A DNA stretch of 64,000 nt, taken from assembly GCF_000143415.4 (NCBI RefSeq), contig NW_003314309.1:766936-830935 (forward strand), read 5' to 3'. The DNA is from Selaginella moellendorffii. Its lineage: Eukaryota; Plantae; Lycopodiophyta. Shown piece after piece: positions 48,809-58,541 of this stretch. Numbering within the stretch: the first letter of the stretch is position 1; every line of letters begins with the position of its first letter. A program made the translations under genes and the position numbers. The notes beneath the pieces were generated by a model. The model made no database searches, was not told the origin of the DNA, and worked only from the letters and a program-made list of their open reading frames with translations.

Positions 48809-51399
48809 GCCTGTTAGTGGCGAAGCATTCCTTCCACCGCCTAGAAAGAAAGATTGCCTCCACCCACGGGCTATCTATCTCACGAATGGAGCCTCGATTC
48901 TTCCTTGCCGATAGCGACAGGGAAACAATTATGGCTGGATCGTCCTAAATATCGCCGCAAAGCCCCCATATGTGTGATCACTTGTGATGAGAGATCGTGG
49001 ATTGATCCGCCACTACCTAAGAGAGATTGGGAGATGGATCTTGGAAATGCGCGGCAGGAAGAAATTTTAAGACGCAGGGCCGCCTGTGGATCCGATGCTC
49101 GACACCCCAGCATCGATCGAGGATACCAAGCGCCCTACATCTACATTTTTATGGATTACCCGCATCGATCATCGCCCAGGAGTGAGAGGAATGAAGCGAC
49201 AGCCTGGGGCATGAGAGAACTCATCGCCATAGCCGGGGGTATATAACACGGAGATGGAATATTCCTTAGCAAAGCGGCGATTAGGGTTGATGGTTTAAGC
49301 TTGGGCCACAAGCCTTTAACAAAATTGTTTTCTGGCAAAAAGGTGAAAAGAATTTCTTGATACAGACCTGCATAAGCTGAGTGACCGCCACATCAAACAA
49401 CAATTACAGCAGGTAATGCCAACGATGAGCAAGGCCGAAGGAAAAAAGTCCAGCTCGAACCGTTTGAGGTAACAAAGGTCTTCGTCCAAAGCCTGGGATC
49501 CAGAGTAGGCAGGCGCCAGTATTGTCTCCTTCCCGGCCCAGAGATGGTTTTTCGAGCAAGCCCTCTTTGATCGCGGTAAGAGGCCACAATAGAAAAAGGA
49601 AAGGAAAACAGAATCTAGGAGTTTGCCTTCAAGGATGCAGCAAGATTGCATAGGCATGACGAGCAACGATTTAAGTTTCACATATGACTTTGACATCCCA
49701 CATTCTAAAAGAACATGATCTTGATTGATCAGAATCTGACCACCATAAAGATAAAGAAAACATGTTTAGATTTGGTTAAATTTATTATAAAATCAAAAAA
49801 TATTTTGATGCATTTAGCAGCAATGCTTGGTTTGCTTTAAAATCAAGAATCTAATCCACCATCACAACTATATCTAACTGAGATTTATTTGGGATATTAT
49901 ATCTCATTATAATTATAAGATTAGAGAAAGTTTATGAAAGCTTAGTATAAGAAAGTCACAACAATTAGAATAGAAAATATTCTAGAATATAGTTTGGTGT
50001 TAGATTAGTTTTGAGTTTGGTAAAAAAAAAAGTAATATAAGTTTGTCTATATTGCAACTAAAATTGGTAATATTAGGTGTTATAAATTTTTATTAGTGGG
50101 GTATGTTGCATTTTGTTAAATAGAGTTGATATTTGATACTCACATAAACCTTTAAAGTAATAATGTAGATTTGCTTGTGGTGTTATTCAATTAATTATCA
50201 GGTTATTGTGATTTTTATATCATATCCATGTGAATGTGAGTAATATATTTACAAAGTTGTTTAATCAAACAATGATCAATCCCAAAGTGGTTGATAGTGA
50301 TCTTGCATGTTGTAACATTATAGTAACTTTGACTAAATTTTTGTTGGTGATCCATTTTATGCTAAGCTTGTGATGTTACTTTGGTTCTTTTTACTTATTA
50401 AATGTTAGAAAGGTTATAACATTCAATTGCTATAGCTTATTGATGAGTCTATTAGCATTTAAAGTAAATTATTAGATGGTGAAAATGTATACTTGAGGCA
50501 TTGTTATTTGGGGTGACGAGGATAACTTACTTAAAATCCTTTTGTGTTCTATCTTAAACTTATTTATTGATAATTTGGTCTTTAAGATATTATTGCCTCT
50601 AACTTTGATATTGTCCATCTATTAATCTTTTGGTTTAGGCCAGTATAGGTAGACTAGCTTCAACACTTCATATACATGCTAAAATCTTTAATCATGGGAT
50701 AGCTATTATCGATTAATCATATAACCCACCTTTTTCTTAATGTTTCTTATTCCATTAAAAAGTTGTGACCATGTAAACAACTCTAATTACTTGTTTATAA
50801 TAGTCTATCTAAACTTTATTGACAAGTTTGGTTTGTTTACTTAGGAGAGTTAAGGCCTTTAGCTTCTCTCTATATGTCATTTGTAGATAAGGGTATACCA
50901 TCTTTTGTAAACCGAATGACACTTAGATTAATAAGGATGACTAACTTTGTTGGTCATTTTCTTATCGGTGATGGCCAAAAGGTGTCTAAGTGGTAGCATA
51001 TTTGCATTAAATAAAGAGGTTGCCCTCTAACTTATTTAAGTTGGTGCATTTTTCACAAAATATGAATACCATGAATTTTTTTTTTAGTTATTTCCTTGAC
51101 AATGATCTAGATTAGAGTATACACCGATTGTGTGGACATCAATATTCCTTAAAGAGGGGAGAGTGTTGTGAATATGATTACAGGTATTGAAAGTTATTTA
51201 TCAGCAAGCCCTTTCATATATTCTTTCCTTACTACTATGACACCAAAAAATTGGTATTGCTAAACTAGGCATTTAGATTGTACTTAGATTGGATGAGCAT
51301 AAGGACAAAATTCCTATGTACTATTAGTTAAACATATTTAGCCCAGTAAAGAATTTCTGTTTCATTGTGTCTTGCATTAGTTAATAACAAAAACCCCAC

Positions 51400-52150
51400 A
51401 ATATTGAGCTTGGTCTCTTAATATTGATAGCTTAATATGTCTGCCAAGACACTCTCACTATCATTTCCCTATATATTGGTTCTATTTGGTCCCATTAACT
51501 ATTTATAAACATCCTATTAAACTCTTGTACTATCTAGAACGTCCTAAACAACCAATCCTTTGCAAAACTAATCCCATACTAAGCCCCTTTGTTTTGGAAA
51601 ATTATTGCGTGATATCCACTTCACAAATCTTAAAGTCTTATGTAACTCTTAGCTCCTTAGCTGCTTTTGCTATTTATTTCCATGTCTCCTTGTGCTACTA
51701 TCTTTAGTGTTCCACTCTCTGAGCATTTGTGGGTGTCCTCTACTTGGAATTGCTGCCCTACTGGTAGTCTATTTGTTGTTGCAAGGCATAACATATTCTT
51801 GGACTTCTTTTGGATTGGTGACTTCCAAAACACTTCCTTCTCAAACTCCTTATTAACCATTAACCCATTCTATACCTCTTTTACTTTGTATATGAAAAAC
51901 CATTTGCCCCTCATTGCCACACTGTCGAGTCCCAATCTAGATCCTTGATGAGTTTGTTGTGCCACCAAACCAACCGTCCCTTGCCCTCTAGCCAACATTC
52001 CGATTCTATGACATTTGTCTAGGCTGCTAATTTTTTCAAGTGTCTAAATTTGCTAGTGAGGCATATCTATAGAATATAGAGATTGTCTTGAATATGATAG
52101 TGTTGTTCTTGTGTCCAGATTCACAGTCTAACACTATTCCATATTTAGTA
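51400..52150 (-). mobile_element. Degenerate L1-like LINE relic (zf-RVT region)
   Basis: FWKSPIQKKSKNMLCLATTNRLPVG resembles the zf-RVT consensus (IWKxxxPxKxKxFxWxxxxNRLPT); boundaries approximate. Confidence 0.45.
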
Positions 52151-52179
52151 AAAAAATTTAATTGTCCCAAAGACTAAAG

Positions 52180-52700
52180 GTGAAAGCATAAAGCATGTGT
52201 TGCTAGAGGGGGGGATGTATAGTAAGGATAGTGGGTAGGTCAAGTGGAGCATAATTTAGCTCCAATTTATATGCCTATCCTTGTTTTGCGTCCATCTTAG
52301 GTTTAACCTTAAATTCCATATCATATTAACTAATGAAGTACTATTAGACCACCAATATGCTAAAATAATGCCAAACTCTATTTGGTTTTATTTTGCATGC
52401 TAATCCTAACATTAAGATCCTACATGCTCTAAGATTGTTTTTATATTATTCTATGCTCCTATCTTTTTGCTTTTTGGGTTGTACATTTGGGAGTTATTCT
52501 ATGCTTTTGTCCCTTCACTTTTTGGGTTATACATTTGGGAATTGTCCTATGCTTGTGGTTTCTTACACTCCTTGGCTATATGCTCAGAAGTTAAGCTTTA
52601 TACTTTCATTCAATGGCTCAAGACCTTGAAACTTGAGTTCCACTCTATTGCCCTTATCAACCGGGTTTTACTTATTTATTCTCTATAAAACCATAAAGTG
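52180..52700 (-). mobile_element. Degenerate LTR-like repeat, second copy of the 35.0-35.6 kb family
   Basis: Reverse-complement match including the 48-bp units (52450-52560) and the ggtgaaagc..G-run end. Confidence 0.55.
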
Positions 52701-52879
52701 TAGTTTTGACATGCTCGTTGTTATCTATGTGGTCAAAGTCCTTGATAGGGAATTTGAGGGACTCAAGGAGGTACACAATCTGTCACTCATATATAAGGAA
52801 CCAACTCGCCGAGGTGTCGTAGGCTAAAGGAACCCTGAAAGCATGACCAAAATGACAAAGAGTTCATCGGATGGGACCA

Positions 52880-53140
52880 AGTCAAAGATCGAGTCCAAGA
52901 CCGACTCTGAGACCGAGTTCGAGATAGAGTCCGGAATCGAGTCCGAGGCCGACTCGGGGACCGAGTTCGAGACCGAGTTCGAGACGGAGTCCGAGATCCC
53001 AAATCGGGTCCGAGACCGAGTCCGAGGTCGAGTCCGAGGTCAGGTCTGAGATCGGGTCCGAGATCGAGTCCGAGATCGAGTCCGAGACCGAATCCGAAGT
53101 CGGATCCGAAATCGAGTCCGAGATCGAGCTAGAGACTAAG
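52880..53140 (+). repeat. CpG-rich hexamer array (ccgagt/tcgaga/ccgaga) in the LTR, followed by G18 at 53193-53210
   Basis: Present in all four LTR copies with variable copy number. Confidence 0.9.
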
Positions 53141-53319
53141 TCCAAATACTAATATGGGTCAAGGGGTGAAAGCCCAAAGCGTGCGTCTCCCAGGGGGGGG
53201 GGGGGGGGGGTTCCAAAAGTATAGTAGGGATAGTGAGGTCCAGGAACCAGTTTTGAAAGGACTCTCCAGTGGGGCTTCCAAACCGACTTGAGGTTGAGAC
53301 TGGGACTGAGGGGCCTTGG

Positions 53320-53373
53320 TGTAAGCTCCTGGGCTGGGTGACCTCCCGGGAAGTCCAAACTCAGGAGCTTACA
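53320..53373 (+). mobile_element. 54-bp TG..CA insertion carrying a 5S rRNA fragment (Cassandra-like mini solo LTR)
   Basis: TSD CTTGG (53315-19 / 53374-78); 12-bp TIR tgtaagctcctg/caggagcttaca; tgggtgacctcccgggaagtcc matches plant 5S rRNA; absent from sister LTRs at ~54.76 and ~58.0 kb. Confidence 0.8.
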
Positions 53374-54635
53374 CTTGGGTGGGAGTGAGCATAGACTTGG
53401 TTGGTGCCGGAGGGGCCATCCAAGGAAGTTCTCAAGAGCAGCTCCCACTCCCGAAAGGGAAACCGATTGTAGTGCTCCTGGCTCATGTGGAGTGGTGCCC
53501 CACTTGAGTACCATGCGGCTCATTGGTCCTCGCCCTCCCTAGGGGCTTGGGCCTTCCTTCGGGATGGAAGTGGGGGAGTAAAGGTACCCATACCGGGCTG
53601 CTAGGCCACGGTGTTTCGCCCTGGCATCCCGAAGCAAGCGTTGCACTCAAGACTTGGGATTTAGAGGGTCCAATGATCAAGTCTTGTGGTACCAAAGGAT
53701 GTTAGGAACCTGGAAGCTTGGTGTGCTTGGCTGCTTGTGTTTACGGGGAGTGTAGCCGAACCTTAAGTCCAGTTTAACCCGGGGAGGGGGATTGGGAGTG
53801 ATTTGGGAATTCGTGGATGGATGGCTAACACTTTGTTGCTTGTGTAGTGAGTAGCTGAAACCAAGTAGGAGCTGGTACCATAGGCGAGAACCTTAGCAAG
53901 GGAACTTAGCAAAAGCCAAGACAGTGTTGGATAAATAGACGAGGTAAGCTGGCAAATTGGAAAGGAAAAATTTGTGGCTTACAATTTGGTATCGGAGCCT
54001 TTTCCTCAGTTCTAGCGAAGGATAGAGGCGGATTGCTGGGAGATGGCAAAGGCGGGGCGTAAACGAACCAAGGCGAAGACGGAACCTCCGCTAGAGCTGG
54101 AGCCTCTGGTCGAACAAGAGGCTATGGATGAGGAATCCTTTCATGAGGATCATATAAGCCACAAATTTTTCCTTTCCAATTTGCTAGCTTACCTCGTCTA
54201 TCCGTCTAACACCGCCTTGGCCTTTGCTAAGTTCCCTTGCCAAGGTTCTCGCCTATGGTACCAGCTCCTACTTGGTCTCAACTACTCACTGCACGAGCAA
54301 CGGAGTGTTAGCCATCCATCCACGGATTCCCAAATCACTCCCAATCCCCCTCCCCAGGCTAGACTGGACTTAAGGTTCGGCTACACTCCCCACAAGCACA
54401 AGCAACCAAGCGCACCATGCTTCCAGGTTCCTAACATCCCTTGGTACCACAAGACTTGATCATGGGACCCTCTAAATCCCAAGTCTTGAGTGCAACACTT
54501 GCTTCGGGACGCCGGGGCGAAACACCGTAGCCTAGCGGCCCGGTATGGGTACCTCTACCCCCGCACTTCCATCCCGAAGGAAGGCCCAAGCCCCTAGGAA
54601 GGGCGAGGACCAATGAGCCGCATGGTACTCAAGTG

Positions 54636-54735
54636 NNNNNNNNNNNNNNNNNNNNNNNNNNNNNNNNNNNNNNNNNNNNNNNNNNNNNNNNNNNNNNNNN
54701 NNNNNNNNNNNNNNNNNNNNNNNNNNNNNNNNNNN
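54636..54735. other. Assembly gap (100 N)
   Basis: Run of n. Confidence 1.
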
Positions 54736-55977
54736 CCCCAGTCAAGTCCATGCTCACTCCCACCCAAGGCCCCTTGGTCCCAGTCTCAACCTCCAGTCAA
54801 TTTGGAAGCACCACTATAGAGTTCCTTCAAGACTACTTCCTAAACCTCGCTATCCCTACTATGCTTTTGGAACCCCCTGCAGCCCCCCCCCCCCCCCCCT
54901 GGGAGACGCACGCTTTGGGCTTTCACCCCTTGACCCATATTAGTACCTTGGACTAAACCTTGGACTTGGTCTTGGACCCGATTTCGGATCTCGGACTCCG
55001 TCTCGAACTCGGTCTCGAACTCGGTCCTCGAGTCGGTCTCGGACTCGATTCCGGACTCTATCTCGAACTCAGTCCTAGAGTCGGTCTTGGACTCGATCTT
55101 CGACTTGATCCCATCCGATGAACTCTTTGTCATTTTGGTCATGCTTTCGGGGTTCCTTTAGCCTACGACACCTCAGCGAGTTGGTTCCTTACAACTCCAC
55201 CACCCATAGAAGAAGTTCGATGCCCACATCGAACGTCTCTTTTTATCCTACGACTTGTTGACCATGTCTCCGGGGGCATCTCCCCACTTAGTAGTGTGCC
55301 TAAGTTAGCCTCCCTGGCCAAGAGCCCATGATAACGGAATATAGGTGTCCCTATACTCTTCACCTCACCACGCCCTAGTATAGGGTCGAGACTTGAACTC
55401 AGCCTTGCTTTACTAGGGGGTCGGGACTCAAACCCAACCTCCGTAGAATACATCTACAGATTCGACATCCCCGCAGGGAGTCGGGCGTAGCTCCCTACGC
55501 CTAGTCGACCTAGCTAACCCATGCTAATTAGCTTACCTTCGGCGCGCCTTCGGGTCCCAACATATGCCATTGCTCAACTTCTGAAATTGATACTTTTAAT
55601 TGAACTTTGCATAAGTACATAGAGTTCTGCCATGCAGAAATTCCTCCACTAGATCTCGCGCGTTCGCTAGGTTCTCCTCCGGTTCCCATGTTGCTTCGCA
55701 GTGTGGAAATCCTTTCCACTTCACATGGAACTCTCTCACCTCGCGTCCTTGTCGCTTGCTCTTGCGCGCATTGAGGATGGCCTCGACTTCGTATTCCTCC
55801 TCCCCTTGGATAACCTCAGGTAAAGGTCTTACTTGGTCCTTGCGAAGCGGATCCTCAAAATACGGCTTGAGTAAGTTCACGTGGAACACGGGATGCATCT
55901 TCCTCATCTCTCGAGGAAGTCGGAGACGGTAAGCCACTTTACCGATTCGAGCCTCAATCTCGTAAGGCCCGGCGAAC

Positions 55978-56029
55978 CTGCTTAAGGAACTCAAGATCAA
56001 TTCATTTACAAGAATACATGCATTTTTAC
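55978..56029 (-). other. Candidate 52-nt spliceosomal intron in the integrase GPY/F module (homologue starts at 62768 in element 1)
   Basis: AG|gtaaaa...ttccttaagcag|G; removal restores KLTQRFAGPYEIEARIGKVAYRLRLP. Confidence 0.8.
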
Positions 56030-58541
56030 CTTTGGGTCAACTTCCGGCTGATCCCACTTGGTAGATGTCGCAAACGACTCTCTACCAAAGTTGCTCGTGT
56101 AATGAGTAACTTTGAGTTAGGGACTAGATCACATACCTCAATTTGGACTTCACTCGACTTGATGGCTATATTGGCTCTGGCCTTTTTCGGGTAGGGACAT
56201 TCCCTCGAAAAGTGTCCCGTTTCACCGTAGTTGTAGCATACGTTGTTTCCCACGCTGCTATATGACTTGACCTTCTTATCCATGGGTTTGTCTCTTTTCG
56301 CTTGACTGCCCCACGTACTCGCTCGTTGGCCACCAGATTTGCCTTTCTGGAACCCCGAGGACTCATTTTTAGAGAAACTCTTCTTGAATTTCCCCCTGCT
56401 ATACATTCCTCTTGGTTTGGCCCCTTTGCTAAATGTGGATCCCGACCCCGTCGTGTTCCCCTTTCGCAGGTTATCGTTGAAATGCACCTTGATGGCCGCA
56501 TCCAACGCTTCCTTGTAGTTGGTCGGGTTCTAGCGCATCACCTCACCGCGAGCCCAGGTTTGCAAACCTGATATAAAGGCATGGAACGCATCCATATCCC
56601 CCATGTCCGTGACAAGTATCCTCTTTGCCATGAACCCATTCACATATTCCTGGATGGTTCCAGTCTGCTTCAGCCTACTCAGCTCATCTCTCAGATGCAA
56701 AGTGGCATTCGGAGGAACGTATGTTGCGTAGATCCTTGCCTTCATCATGTCTCAGGTGGCCACCGGTCCTTCGTTGGCCTCCGTTGTTCTCCACCAAGAC
56801 TTGGCATTATCTGCCAAGTATGGTTTTGCACATGGGACATTCTCCGAGCTCGGTAACCGCAACGCTCGGAAGTAATCCTCCATATCGTAAAACCAATCCT
56901 CCACAACCTTATAGTCGTTCACTCCCTTGAACACCGGTGGGGGCTTTGGTTTGTACTTGGGAACTGCCTGAGGGACTGATTCCACTTCGGTCTGTTCGAC
57001 CTTGTCTGGTTTTGCCTCAGTCCCTGCCGAAGGGTCTGCACCTTCTGCGCTGCCAGCATCTGCAGTCTTTCGCTTTTTCTTTCGCTTCTCATCACGCTTT
57101 AGCTTGTGTACGAGAGTCTCCAGCAGGGCATTGGTCGGTGCCAACTGTCCTTCTAGCACATCCAATCGAGCCTTGGATGACCGAACCTCACCACCGGACT
57201 CCTGTTTGGAAGTTTCCTCACTGGAGTCCTCCTCATGCAAAGATTCCTCATCCATAGCCTCTTGTTCGACCGGAAGCTCCAACTCTGGTGGAGGTTCCGT
57301 CTTTGCCTGGGTTCGCCCTACCCTTGCCATCTCCCAGCAATCCGCCTCTATCCTTCGCTAGAACTGAGGAAAAGGCTCTGATACCAAATTGTAAGCCACA
57401 AATTTTTCCTTTCCAATTTGCCAGCTTACCTCGTCTATCCGTCCAACACCGCCTTGGCCTTTGCTAAGTTCCCTTGCCAAGGTTCTTGCTTATGGTACCA
57501 GCTCCTACTTGGTCTCAGCTACTCACTGCACGAGCAACGGAGTGTTAGCCATCCATCCACGGATTCCCAAATCACTCCCAATCCCCCTCCCCGGGTTAGA
57601 CTGGACTTAAGGTTCGGCTACACTCCCCGCAAGCATAAGCAGCCAAGCACACCAAGCTTCCAGGTTCCTAACATCCCTTGGTACCACAAGACTTGATCAT
57701 GGGACCCTCTAAATCCCAAGTCTTGAGTGCAACACTTGCTTCGGGATGCCGGGGCGAAACACCGTGGCCTAGCGGCCCGGTATGGGTACCTCTACCCCCC
57801 CACTTCCATCCCGAAGGAAGGCCCAAGCCCCTAGGGAGGGCGAGGATCAATGAGCCGCATGGTACTCAAGTGGGGCACCACTCCACATGAGCCGGGAGCA
57901 CCGCAATCGGTTTACCTTTCGGGAGTGGGAGCTGCTCTTGAGCACTTCCTTGGATGGCCCCTCCGGCACCAGTCAAGTCCATGCTCACTCCCACCCAAGG
58001 CCCCTTGGTCCCAGTCTCAACCTCAAGTCGGTTTGGAAGCCCAACTGGAGAGTCCCTTCAAAACTGGTTCCTGGACCTCACTATCCCTACTATACTTTTG
58101 GAACCCCCTGCAGCCCCCCCCCCCCCTCTGGGAGACGCACGCTTTGGGCTTTCACCCCTTGACCCGTATTAGTATTTGGACTTAGTCTCTGGCTCGATCT
58201 CGGACCCGATTTCGGATCCGACTTCGGATTCGGTCTCGGACTCGATCTCGGACTCGATCTCGGACCCGATCTCGGACCCGACCTCGAACTCGACCTCGGA
58301 CTCGGTCTCGGACCCGGTTTCGGATCTCGGACTCCGTCTCGAACTTGGTCTCGAACTCGGACTCGAACTCGGTCCCCGAGTCGGTCTCGGACTCGATTCC
58401 GGACTCTATCTCGAACTCGGTCCTAGAGTCGGTCTTGGATTCGATTTTCGACTTGGTCCCATCCAATGAACTCTTTGTCATTTTGGTCATGCTTTCGGGG
58501 TTCGTTTAGCCTACGACACCTTGGTGAGTTGGTTCCTTACA

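Larger units (their letters stand above)
54153..58541 (-). mobile_element. Element 2: internally deleted copy of the same chromovirus family inserted antisense in gag of element 1 (LTRs 57390-58541 and 54153-55193)
   Basis: TSD GATCA/GATGA; PBS ~57375-57386; gag from 57330 with two Trp-to-stop changes; ~3 kb pol deletion at CTAC microhomology; chromodomain 55.65-55.8 kb; 100-N gap in one LTR. Confidence 0.9.

Noticed and set aside
48854-49700. Separate gene upstream of the fascin-like gene
   Set aside because: No recognisable domain or consistent splice model; may be leader or extra 5' exons
52787-53145. Acidic and RD/RV-repeat ORFs in the LTRs
   Set aside because: Translation of a stop-free hexamer array
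53331-53356. 5S rRNA gene
   Set aside because: Only ~26 nt of a ~120-nt gene, inside a TSD-flanked insert
55501-55536. 36-nt gtaag...tag segment in element 2 that is missing from element 1 (possible intron loss)
   Set aside because: The loss is imprecise by 2 nt and the segment is very short; cannot be told from an ordinary deletion
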